Shown here: in pieces, positions 1-8,354 of the stretch | How the letters are laid out: each line of letters begins with the position of its first letter | Numbering within the stretch: the stretch's first letter is position 1 | DNA from: Candidatus Methanophagales archaeon | Lineage (GTDB): Archaea; Halobacteriota; Syntropharchaeia; Alkanophagales; Methanospirareceae | Length of the DNA stretch: 34,233 nt | Reading direction: 5' to 3' | Assembly: GCA_014061035.1 (NCBI GenBank) | Contig: JACGMN010000007.1 | Location: 1 to 34,233 of the forward strand | Position numbers and translations under genes: made by a program | The notes under the pieces: model-generated | Database searches by the model: none | The model's input: the letters and a program-made list of their open reading frames with translations, nothing else | Told to the model about the DNA's origin: nothing

Positions 1-938
1 CATAGCGAATAAAAATGTTTTTTGCAATTCTCTATCTGTATTTTAGGCTCTCCGAGCTTTACACGCTCCTTGTGTTCTATCCCCACCACTTGCTTCTCAA
101 ACTCTTCTACTACGGTCTTTGAATCGCCATAGGCAATAATCTCGCCATGATCCAGCCATAACGCTTTCTCAGTTAGTTCTTTAATTGTAGAGGGCCAATG
201 CGACGTGGTTATCAAAGTCATTCCAGCCTTTGTACCATCTATCAACGCTTTATGCACCAGCTTTCCAGTCTTTACGTCCAACGTTCCTGTCGGCTCATCA
301 GCTAACAGTAGGATTGGGTCTAATGCCAGTTGCCGCGCTAGCACCACTCGCTGTTTCTCGCCGCCGCTAAGATCGGTCGCAGGAAAGCTTATTCGATGGA
401 TCATCTTTACGGCTTTCAGCAATTCATACGCCCTTCTAACGCGCTGCTCTACTGGATATTTTCTGCTATCCAATGCATGTAAGACGTTATACATGACTGT
501 CTCATCACCGTATAACCCGAACGTGCGCTGCAGCATGATAGCTACACGCCTCTTTATCTTCCTCCGTGCATCTCTATCTTTCCAGTAATTCACTTCACGC
601 AATTCTAACTTGCTCCCGCACTTGGGGCACGTCGACCCTACTTTGCTCGGAGGCTCTATCGTTCCGAGCAGTGGATGAGTCCACTCATGCAGCTCCTCTC
701 TATCTAGATAATCTGGACAGATCGCAACACTGAAGATTACCTCTCCCTGTACCGGTGCATATTCCTCCGTCCCGCGCAGCATGTGAAGCAGAACCGATTT
801 CCCTGACCCACTCCGTCCAAGCAAACCTAATGACTCGCCTTCATTTATTACTACACTCACGTTCTTCAAAACCTCTTTGCCATTAAACTCATTAGAGACG
901 TCAGAGATTCTTATGAACGGCTCACCTTTTCTGACCAT
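1..938 (-). CDS. atwA: ABC-type ATPase, 5' part only (runs off the window); resembles methyl-coenzyme M reductase system component A2 (AtwA)
   Basis: My own minus-strand translation from the ATG at 938 gives MVRKGEPFIRISDVSNEFNGKEVLKNVSVVINEGESLGLLGRSGSGKSVLLHMLRG (Walker A). It continues with a Cys-containing insert (CPDY..STCPKCGS), then LSGGEKQRVVLARQLA (ABC signature) and LLLADEPTGTLD (Walker B). The insert between Walker A and the signature matches my memory of component A2. The gene is absent from the ORF track because it is open at the window edge. Confidence 0.6.
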   Translation of the reverse strand, partial: MVRKGEPFIRISDVSNEFNGKEVLKNVSVVINEGESLGLLGRSGSGKSVLLHMLRGTEEYAPVQGEVIFSVAICPDYLDREELHEWTHPLLGTIEPPSKVGSTCPKCGSKLELREVNYWKDRDARRKIKRRVAIMLQRTFGLYGDETVMYNVLHALDSRKYPVEQRVRRAYELLKAVKMIHRISFPATDLSGGEKQRVVLARQLALDPILLLADEPTGTLDVKTGKLVHKALIDGTKAGMTLITTSHWPSTIKELTEKALWLDHGEIIAYGDSKTVVEEFEKQVVGIEHKERVKLGEPKIQIENCKKHFYSL

Positions 939-962
939 TTATTTATTCATACCTCCACTGCA

Positions 963-2093
963 TCATTCGCATTTCACAACAACTTTTTTCTCTCTTATCA
1001 GAGTACCTCGCATATATTGAGAAGTCTTTACACCTATAAATGATATGGTAATTGCGCCGAGGATAGAAGAAAAAAGTGTTAAATATCCCAGTAGATAATT
1101 ACCAGCATTTAACCAGATTATGCACATACTCCCGCCCCACAGAACCAGTCCAGAGGCAATTATAGTGGATAATATTGCCCACTGCTTCACTATTTTACCT
1201 CCTTCTATAAGCTTATTTATCATCTGTCCAATGAGAGGCGATATTGCTACCGCGGTGTACCACCAGATGCTGTGGTTTACAAAGTACACAATACTAACAA
1301 TTATATGCGCATTCTTGACATCCGGATCGATATATTCCAATCCCGCGGCACCGTGGAAGGTTCCAGCTAATATAAGCACAAATGCAACGATATATGTGAC
1401 AAACGATAGCTTACCGCTGTATAATGAATTCTTCACGCTATCAACCAATTCTATAACGAGATCCTCACGTCCGAATCCCTTGAGTATCGTGTAAAAGCCT
1501 ATAATTCCTATGATTGCCGCAATCACTATATTTGTGAAGCCGAAGAGTAAAGAAAAGGCTAATAAGAGCAAAATCAGACCGATTGGCGGCAGGAACGTAC
1601 GTGAGAACCTCGTGTCATTTAACAATCCTTTGATCATATAAAAAGTGCTCTCTAATGGCTCACTCTGTTTCACCAGTACTCGCCTGACCGAGTCTATCTT
1701 TACACGCGACTGAATAAGTGGGACAATTGATTCATCCTCGGCACCATCACTCACGAGAATGGCAGAATCTGCCCGGCATTTAAAGAGGACTTCGTCAAAT
1801 TCTCGGCCTATTTTTCTATCAGATTCTATACCTACCCTCTTATCGCCCGTGATCAAAGCGACTTCCGCTATCTCGTTCGCGTCTTCTCCACGTGAACTCA
1901 AGCGGTCATATATCCTTATTGCTTCAAAGATCGCATTTATATCGGATTCTTCAGGATCCGCGAGAGCCAGCTTTGTTGCTGCGGATAAAAGTGCCTGTTT
2001 ACCGGTAATAGGTGTCGTTAAACCGGCTTTCTCGCCCATGTCGTTGTCGCGATCAACGCAAATAACGAGCGTCTTTTTGATTTTAGACTCCAC
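963..2093 (-). CDS. Archaeal integral membrane protein, DUF373-like (soluble N-domain plus about 7 TM helices)
   Basis: 376 aa ORF. The N-terminus TLVICVDRDNDMGEKAG..SDGAEDE is followed by multiple hydrophobic helices. The family assignment is from memory. Confidence 0.55.
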   Translation of the reverse strand: MESKIKKTLVICVDRDNDMGEKAGLTTPITGKQALLSAATKLALADPEESDINAIFEAIRIYDRLSSRGEDANEIAEVALITGDKRVGIESDRKIGREFDEVLFKCRADSAILVSDGAEDESIVPLIQSRVKIDSVRRVLVKQSEPLESTFYMIKGLLNDTRFSRTFLPPIGLILLLLAFSLLFGFTNIVIAAIIGIIGFYTILKGFGREDLVIELVDSVKNSLYSGKLSFVTYIVAFVLILAGTFHGAAGLEYIDPDVKNAHIIVSIVYFVNHSIWWYTAVAISPLIGQMINKLIEGGKIVKQWAILSTIIASGLVLWGGSMCIIWLNAGNYLLGYLTLFSSILGAITISFIGVKTSQYMRGTLIREKKVVVKCE

Positions 2094-2117
2094 CCTTCTT
2101 TCTCCTTATAAAATATA

Positions 2118-2137
2118 GTTCCCTTCTGTTCCCTTCT
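2118..2137. repeat. Tandem repeat, 10 bp x 2, upstream of the DUF373 gene
   Basis: The units are GTTCCCTTCT GTTCCCTTCT. Confidence 0.8.
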
Positions 2138-2147
2138 ATTTATATCT

Positions 2148-2340
2148 AGCAGGGGTTCATGGGTTCATGGGTTCACGGTTCACGATTCACGGTTTAAGGT
2201 TAGACATATAAAAATCCTAAACTCTAATTTTCTAAATACTGAACAATTTCAAAATCCAAATATCAAAATATATACTGGATCCATGATCTATGAACCTTGA
2301 ACCGTGAACCCTGACCCCCTGGCCCCCGAACCCTGATCAG
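2148..2340. repeat. Palindromic heptad element, family-1 variant
   Basis: The left arm is GGGTTCAT GGGTTCAT GGGTTCAC GGTTCAC GATTCAC GGTTTAA GGTT. An AT-rich centre follows, then the right arm ATGAACC TTGAACC GTGAACC CTGACCC..CGAACCCTGATCAGCTA. The ends are TAGCAGGGG...CCCTGATCAGCTA. It abuts the purF stop codon. Confidence 0.8.
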
Positions 2341-3810
2341 CTATCGTTCGAATTGCGATAGTTTCAACTGGTGCAGTATACAGATTTCACCCGGTATTTC
2401 AACAGGATATTCTCCGGTTAGACAGCCTAAACAGAGATTCTCCACATCTATCCCTATGGACTCTATCAACCCTTCTATGCTCAGATACTGTATTGAATCA
2501 ACATTTAAAAACGTACCTATCTCATCAAGGGACTTCTTCCAAGCCACCAACTCCTCCCTTCTCGGAGTATCGATGCCGAGGTAACAAGGCGCTATGATTG
2601 GCGGGCTTCCGATTCGCAGATGCACCTCCTTCACACCTTTCTTCTTCAAATAATCCACGATAAGCCTCGAAGTGGTTCCACGTACGATGCTATCATCTAC
2701 CAGAATAATTCTCTTTTGCTCCACATTCGCCTGAACAACGTTTAATTTCAGCCGCACAGCAATATCTCTTGAAGTTTGCTCCGGCATGATAAAAGTCCTT
2801 CCCACATATCTGTTCTTTATAAAACTTTCCTTATAATCGATCTTTGATAGTTTTGCGTATCCTATTGCAGACGTGACGCCTGAGTCAGGTACCGGTGATA
2901 CGATGTCAGCATCGAGACTATGCTCCATTGCCAATCGCTCGCCGATTCGCATCCTCACGTCGTAGACTAACCGTCCGTCCAATATGGAATCAGGTCTCGC
3001 GAAATAGATGTATTCAAATACGCAATGAGCGCTATTTGTTCCTCTACACAATTGATGAGATTCTAAAGCAATCTCTTTTTTCCCTTGCTTTATCGGCGTC
3101 AGTATCAGCACCTCGCCCGGTCGTACATCTCGTATTAGAGTTCCACCTAACGTGTCTATCGCAGGGCTTTCGGATGCTATTATGTAGCCGTTCCCAAAAC
3201 TTCCGTCCTTTATCTCACCGATACAGAGCGGTTTAATGCCTAATGGATCTCTCACCGCTATTAATGTATTATTCACCAGAATAGCCAGTGAATAGGACCC
3301 TATCACAGATTTCATCACTTCTTTTAGTGCTTCTATCATAGAATTCCGCATCAATTTCTTCGCAAGTAACTGTGCTATCACCTCCGTATCTGTATCTGAA
3401 TGAAATATTCTGCCGTCTTGTTCCAGCTCACTTCTCAATTCCACGGCATTGACGAGATTGCCGTTATGTGCAATTGCAATCTTACCTTTCCTGTAATTCA
3501 CGAGTAAAGGTTCTGCATTCTCTATATTCGACGCGCCAGTCGTAGAGTACCTGACATGACCTATACCTAAGTTACCCTTCAACGATTCTAACCGTTGCAG
3601 CGAGAAGACATCATGGACAAATCCCATTCCTTTTATCTGTGTTATACCCGTATTCGCATCTGCACCGTTACTTTTACTTATACTTACTGCTATACCTGCT
3701 GATTCCTGTCCCCGATGTTGTAACGCGTAGAGTGCATAATAGAGTGGCAAGGCAGCACTCCCGCTGGTTAAAGCACAGCCTGCTATTCCACATGCTTCTT
3801 TTTTATCCAC
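2341..3810 (-). CDS. purF: Amidophosphoribosyltransferase (glutamine-PRPP amidotransferase)
   Basis: The N-terminal Cys nucleophile context is CGIAG, followed by LQHRGQESAGIA. The PRPP-binding motif ILVDDSIVRGTT is present, as is the C-terminal Cys cluster. Confidence 0.93.
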   Translation of the reverse strand: MDKKEACGIAGCALTSGSAALPLYYALYALQHRGQESAGIAVSISKSNGADANTGITQIKGMGFVHDVFSLQRLESLKGNLGIGHVRYSTTGASNIENAEPLLVNYRKGKIAIAHNGNLVNAVELRSELEQDGRIFHSDTDTEVIAQLLAKKLMRNSMIEALKEVMKSVIGSYSLAILVNNTLIAVRDPLGIKPLCIGEIKDGSFGNGYIIASESPAIDTLGGTLIRDVRPGEVLILTPIKQGKKEIALESHQLCRGTNSAHCVFEYIYFARPDSILDGRLVYDVRMRIGERLAMEHSLDADIVSPVPDSGVTSAIGYAKLSKIDYKESFIKNRYVGRTFIMPEQTSRDIAVRLKLNVVQANVEQKRIILVDDSIVRGTTSRLIVDYLKKKGVKEVHLRIGSPPIIAPCYLGIDTPRREELVAWKKSLDEIGTFLNVDSIQYLSIEGLIESIGIDVENLCLGCLTGEYPVEIPGEICILHQLKLSQFER

Positions 3811-3813
3811 TAT

Positions 3814-4887
3814 TTATATGCCCCAATATTCCTTTTGTACTTTCTTTACTTCTTCTACTCTTCCCGCCACCTGCTTACTCGTACTGAACTCTCCTTCTTT
3901 TGGCTCGCGGCTACGGCTACGGCTACGGCTATGACTACTTGATAAAAGTGAATTAAATACAGATAGAGCCGATTCCGCGATAGCATCCAGGTTATATCCT
4001 CCTTCCAAAGCCATTGCAATTCTTCCTCCACAGTTCTCTTCCGCTATCGCAGCTATCAGGTCCATGAATAGCCCAAAACCCGACGATGTTACGTGCATAG
4101 ATGCTAAAGGGTCTGCGGTATGTGCATCAAATCCTGCGGATACGAGCAGAAATTCCGGACCGAACTCCGCAGCTATTGGCATCAGGATATTGTTGAGCGC
4201 ATATAAATAGCCCACGTCATCAGTACCAGCCGGAAGCGGGAGGTTAACGGTAAAACCCTCCCCTTCACCTTCACCTACCTCATCTATCCCTCCTGTATGC
4301 GGATAGTGTGGATATTGATGTGTAGAAAAATACAGGACTGACCGGTCCTCGAAGAAGAGATCTTGCGTACCATTACCATGATGCACATCCCAATCGACTA
4401 TCAAAATGCGTTTAATGCCATAGTTCCGCTTCAAATGTTCAGTTGCAATCGCTAAGTTGTTGAATATACAAAAACCCATGCCTTTACTCGAAGTAGCGTG
4501 ATGTCCCGGCGGTCTCACCAGCGCGAAGACATGCTTTAGGTTATTAGATTCATCCATCACTCCATCTACAGCTTTCAGCACACCACCCGCTGCAAGTAAT
4601 GCTATATTGTACGAATCACTGCATAACGGCGTATCCGGGTCTAACATTCCACCACCTCTATCGCAGATTGCTTCTACCCTCCTTACATAAGCGTCTGTAT
4701 GCACACGCACTATATCTTCCCGCGATGCGTTTACCGGCTGAAGTCGCTCTATCCTCCCGCTCATAAGACCCTGCTCTTCCAACTTTTGCAATATGCTTAT
4801 TAATCGGTTTGCACTCTCAGGATGATTCCTACCTGTATCATGCTTCAAGTAGTCTTCGTGATAGACAAATCCAGTTGCTGTGTTCAT
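3814..4887 (-). CDS. Histone deacetylase / acetoin utilisation (AcuC) family deacetylase
   Basis: Motifs RPPGHHA, DWDVHHGNGTQ and EGGY are present. The C-terminal tail contains an SRSRSRSR repeat. Confidence 0.85.
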   Translation of the reverse strand: MNTATGFVYHEDYLKHDTGRNHPESANRLISILQKLEEQGLMSGRIERLQPVNASREDIVRVHTDAYVRRVEAICDRGGGMLDPDTPLCSDSYNIALLAAGGVLKAVDGVMDESNNLKHVFALVRPPGHHATSSKGMGFCIFNNLAIATEHLKRNYGIKRILIVDWDVHHGNGTQDLFFEDRSVLYFSTHQYPHYPHTGGIDEVGEGEGEGFTVNLPLPAGTDDVGYLYALNNILMPIAAEFGPEFLLVSAGFDAHTADPLASMHVTSSGFGLFMDLIAAIAEENCGGRIAMALEGGYNLDAIAESALSVFNSLLSSSHSRSRSRSREPKEGEFSTSKQVAGRVEEVKKVQKEYWGI

Positions 4888-4993
4888 CTCATCGTTCTAC
4901 AGGTAGTCGACTTACTAAAGAATTATATTTTTAAACGTTAAATTAATTATGATATTATAGTATTAGTATAGAGTATAGCGAAACAAATAATTT

Positions 4994-5039
4994 GAGGCTG
5001 AAGGCAGGGGAGGCTGAAGGCGGGGGAGGCTGAGGGTAG
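4994..5039. repeat. Tandem repeat, 16 bp x about 2.9, ending at the signal peptidase ATG
   Basis: The units are GAGGCTGAAGGCAGGG GAGGCTGAAGGCGGGG GAGGCTGAGGGTAG, followed directly by ATG at 5040. Confidence 0.9.
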
Positions 5040-5558
5040 ATGAAAAAAATATTAATCGAACTGTGTAGAGGTCTGATAGAGGCGCTGGTAATTGTTGTCC
5101 TCATAGTCTCAGTAGCATACGCAGCTACGGGGTCGTGGCATATAGGATTTGCTATTGAGTCCGGGAGCATGGAACCAAATATGAATGAAGGTGATTTAAT
5201 CTTCGTGCAAGCGCCGCAGCGCACAGATATTGTAACATACGAAGACGGTAAACTGCTCAATCATAGGTCATTCGGCGATTATGGTGACGTTATCATCTTT
5301 CGTCCAGATGGGCTAAACGATGTAACGCCAATAATACACCGTGCGATGTACTGGGTAGAGGCCGGAGAGAAGATGCCGAATGATAAGCCTGCGCCACATG
5401 CGGGGTTTATAACTAAAGGAGATAATAATCCTGATTATGATCAGTCAGCGTTTATGCTCGGAATTGAGCCGGTGAAGCCTGAATGGGTGATAGCGGTGGC
5501 GAGAATACAGGTACCGTACTTGGGGTATCCCTCGCTCATCTTGAGGAAAGCTTTTTAA
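5040..5558 (+). CDS. Archaeal-type signal peptidase I (Sec11/S26B-like)
   Basis: An N-terminal TM helix is followed by the SGSMEP catalytic Ser box, the IIHRA His box and GDNN. Confidence 0.8.
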   Translation: MKKILIELCRGLIEALVIVVLIVSVAYAATGSWHIGFAIESGSMEPNMNEGDLIFVQAPQRTDIVTYEDGKLLNHRSFGDYGDVIIFRPDGLNDVTPIIHRAMYWVEAGEKMPNDKPAPHAGFITKGDNNPDYDQSAFMLGIEPVKPEWVIAVARIQVPYLGYPSLILRKAF

Positions 5559-5565
5559 ACAGAAG

Positions 5566-5589
5566 ATTAGACGATAAATTAGACGATAA
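5566..5589. repeat. Tandem repeat, 12 bp x 2, upstream of rpl10e
   Basis: The units are ATTAGACGATAA ATTAGACGATAA. Confidence 0.85.
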
Positions 5590-5616
5590 GATAGAGAAAT
5601 AAGGAACTAAATAAAA

Positions 5617-6117
5617 ATGGGTAGAAAGCCAGCTCGTATGTACACGAGAGTCTCAGGACATGCATTTGTGCGCAAAGAATATATGAAAGGGGTTCCAGGT
5701 AGCAAGATAGCTATCTTCGATATGGGCAATCCCGGCGGAGAGTTTCACGCCACTTTGTTTTTAGTCGCAAAGGAAGCTTGTCAAATACGGCACAATGCAT
5801 TGGAAGCCGCGCGGATATTCGCGAACAGGTATCTGGTGAAAGGTGTCGGGCGGAAGAATTTCTACCTGAAGATACGAGTGTATCCGCATCACGTTCTGAG
5901 AGAGAACAAGCTGGCAACCGGTGCAGGTGCAGACCGGATATCGAGTGGTATGCGACAGGCATTTGGGAGACCGATCGGGACAGCAGCGCGGGTGAAGAGA
6001 GGACAGAAGATGCTGAGCGTCGGGATCGATGAGCAGAATCTCGAGTACGCAAAGGAAGCGTTGGAGCGCGCAAGTTATAAACTGCCTACACCGTGTAAGA
6101 TTGTTAGAGATAAATGA
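5617..6117 (+). CDS. rpl10e: 50S ribosomal protein L10e (uL16)
   Basis: [11 protein letters not shown]...[15 protein letters not shown] is a typical L10e N-terminus. The ORF is 166 aa. Confidence 0.93.
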   Translation: MGRKPARMYTRVSGHAFVRKEYMKGVPGSKIAIFDMGNPGGEFHATLFLVAKEACQIRHNALEAARIFANRYLVKGVGRKNFYLKIRVYPHHVLRENKLATGAGADRISSGMRQAFGRPIGTAARVKRGQKMLSVGIDEQNLEYAKEALERASYKLPTPCKIVRDK

Positions 6118-7304
6118 AAAAAGTAGTGCTTGCCTATTCCGGTGGATTGGACACTTCGGTCTGCATTCCACTGTTGCGAGAGCATTATGGCTATGACGAA
6201 GTAATTTCCGTGCTGGTGGACGTAGGACAGCAGGAAGCAGATATAATCAGGGCTGTAGAAAGGGGCAAGAGGCTCAGTGACATATTCAAGCTGATAAATG
6301 CTCAGGACGAATTTGTCTCTGATTACATCTTCCCGTTGATAAAAGCGAACGGTAACTACGAGGGCTATGTGCTTGGGACCGCGATCGCGAGATCATTAAT
6401 AGCAAAGAAAGTGGTAGAAGTTGCGAAGGACGAGAATGCAGAAGCCGTAGCACATGGCTGCACCGGCAAAGGTAACGATCAGCTCAGATTTGATGCCGTC
6501 TTCTGGGCTGCTGACCTGGATGTTATCGCACCGGTAAGAGAGCTGAGTTTGACACGTGAAGAAGAGAAGAAATATGCATTGGAGCATGGCATCTCGTTTG
6601 AAGCAGAGAAGAGGTGGAGCATAGACGAAAATATCTGGAGCCGGAGTATAGGCGGTAGTGAATTAGAGAATCCTGCTTTTTTTCCGCCTGAAGAAGTATA
6701 TCAATGGACTGTTTCTCAAGATAAGGCGCCGGACAATGCAGATATTATAAAGATCGAGTTCGCGCAGGGTATCCCGGTCTCGGTGGACGGACAAAGTACT
6801 ACCACTACCGGCGTATCGCTTATAAATGCGTTGAACAAAGTGGGTGGCAAGCACGGCGTTGGTAGAACAGATATGATCGAAGATCGGGTCCTTGGCTACA
6901 AGGCACGAGAGACGTATGAGCATCCCGCCGCCACGATATTATTGGAAGCGCATCGTGATCTCGAACGACTTGTTCTAACAAGAAACGAGTTGAGGTTCAA
7001 AGAGTTTGTTGATAGGACGTGGAGTGAGCTGGTATATCAGGGTTTAGTCATGGACCCGCTGTATGATGCTCTTAATGCCTTTATAGAGAGGACGCAGGAG
7101 AGGGTGAACGGTGCAGTATATGTGAAGCTGGAGAGGGGTCTTGCACGCGTAGTGGGAAGAGAATCGAAGAACTCGTTATATTCTTCTACTGACGTATCAT
7201 TTGAGACAAGGCAGGAGCAAGGGCAGAAAGGGCAGGGGCAAGGGATAGTCGAAGGTTTCTCTATCTATCACAGTTTTCAGGCGCGAAAGTTCAGTGAATT
7301 GTAA
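6114..7304 (+). CDS. argG: Argininosuccinate synthase
   Basis: AYSGGLDTS is the ATP pyrophosphatase P-loop. [14 protein letters not shown] is also present. The start overlaps the L10e stop by 4 nt. Confidence 0.95.
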   Translation: MKKVVLAYSGGLDTSVCIPLLREHYGYDEVISVLVDVGQQEADIIRAVERGKRLSDIFKLINAQDEFVSDYIFPLIKANGNYEGYVLGTAIARSLIAKKVVEVAKDENAEAVAHGCTGKGNDQLRFDAVFWAADLDVIAPVRELSLTREEEKKYALEHGISFEAEKRWSIDENIWSRSIGGSELENPAFFPPEEVYQWTVSQDKAPDNADIIKIEFAQGIPVSVDGQSTTTTGVSLINALNKVGGKHGVGRTDMIEDRVLGYKARETYEHPAATILLEAHRDLERLVLTRNELRFKEFVDRTWSELVYQGLVMDPLYDALNAFIERTQERVNGAVYVKLERGLARVVGRESKNSLYSSTDVSFETRQEQGQKGQGQGIVEGFSIYHSFQARKFSEL

Positions 7305-7315
7305 ATATGCAGTAA

Positions 7316-7460
7316 CTACTTAGGTTGCCAGGTTCAAGGTTCAAGGTTCGGGGTTCTTCGCATTATCTTCATACTGCAAGCTTATGTTCTTCGTTTTCTA
7401 ATCTTGAACCTTGAACCTCAAATCGTGAACCGTGAACCCAGGAACTTTGAACCTGAGTAG
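7316..7460 (+). repeat. Palindromic heptad element, family 1, full copy A
   Basis: The TIR is CTACTTAGGTT...AACCTGAGTAG. The left arm is CAGGTTCAAGGTTCAAGGTTCGGGGTTC. The core is TTATGTTCTTCGTTTTCTAA. The right arm is TCTTGAACCTTGAACC..CGTGAACCGTGAACC. It fills the argG/nadX spacer. Confidence 0.85.
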
Positions 7461-8309
7461 CTACCCCAGACGCATAGAAAAAGATATGCGTTTCAGTGTT
7501 GCTATTGCAGAAAGGCTTGTTAAATAGCTCGTCTTTGGATTAGCAACCGAGGGGACGTTTCTTACACGGACGAATAAATCACCAAAATCTCCTCTTGCCT
7601 TTATTTCATGACTGTTCACTTTCGCAGCAGGGTCTGCAACTATCTTCACCTTTACCTCTGTATATGGACTCATACATGCAATGCACAATGTCGCAGCGAC
7701 ATTTACATTCTCAGGAAAATGCCTCACCGCTTCTTTCGCTGAGCCTATAAACAATGTTGTTGCCTCCTTTATCGATGAGAGATTTATCCCACGTTCTCTG
7801 ATATACGCATTCCCTTCGAATACCTGCGGATGCTTTCTCGTCGTTAATTCTACTGAATCGATTCTCCCAACGGCGCCGGCTTTGAGTCCATCTATCCCCG
7901 CTACAGCACCTGAAGGGATATACACCCCACATCCTTTCTCCTTTGAGATGCGTTCTATCTCTCCAAAAAGAGACGGATCGCTGAGTAGTGCACCGACACT
8001 CAAGATCATTACTTCTTTACGCTTTTTTAATGCCGGTATCAGATACTCACGAACTGCCGCCTGCGAGGCACACTCAATTACCAGATCGATCTCGTCTAAA
8101 ATTTCATCAAGTTCGGTACTATCTGTTTTTACTATCTCTGGCTTCTTTAAAAGAGTTTCACAGAGCGTCTCTATCTTCTCTGGACTGATGTCGATCAGAA
8201 ATTTTAACTCCATTCCTAAGTTTAACCTGCGGCTATTTACTTCATCCGTGTCTATTGCCTTGCAGATCTCACTTCCGATAGCGCCACAGCCAACAACGCC
8301 CACTCTCAT
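7461..8309 (-). CDS. nadX: L-aspartate dehydrogenase
   Basis: MRVGVVGCGAIG is a Rossmann motif. PSGAVAGIDGLKA, FPENVNVAATL and VADPAA..N.HEI...NPKTS match the NadX family from memory. Confidence 0.88.
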   Translation of the reverse strand: MRVGVVGCGAIGSEICKAIDTDEVNSRRLNLGMELKFLIDISPEKIETLCETLLKKPEIVKTDSTELDEILDEIDLVIECASQAAVREYLIPALKKRKEVMILSVGALLSDPSLFGEIERISKEKGCGVYIPSGAVAGIDGLKAGAVGRIDSVELTTRKHPQVFEGNAYIRERGINLSSIKEATTLFIGSAKEAVRHFPENVNVAATLCIACMSPYTEVKVKIVADPAAKVNSHEIKARGDFGDLFVRVRNVPSVANPKTSYLTSLSAIATLKRISFSMRLG

Positions 8310-8354
8310 TTTTTTATAGTATATTTGATCGATTAATAATATATTATAATATAT

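Noticed and set aside
205-588. 127 aa plus-strand ORF at the window start
   Set aside because: It lies antisense to the ABC ATPase (AtwA-like) reading frame, which has clear Walker A, signature and Walker B motifs.
7330-7350. Resemblance of the GGTTCAA heptad to the tRNA T-arm (GGTTCAAATCC), suggesting a tRNA-derived SINE-like origin
   Set aside because: Only 7 nt are shared. No acceptor, D-arm or anticodon-like segments flank the arrays, so the resemblance is too short to mean anything.
7681-8319. 212 aa plus-strand ORF, and the similar 8333-8752 minus-strand ORF
   Set aside because: Both are antisense shadows of nadX and the RibD-C-like gene respectively, and neither contains a recognisable domain.
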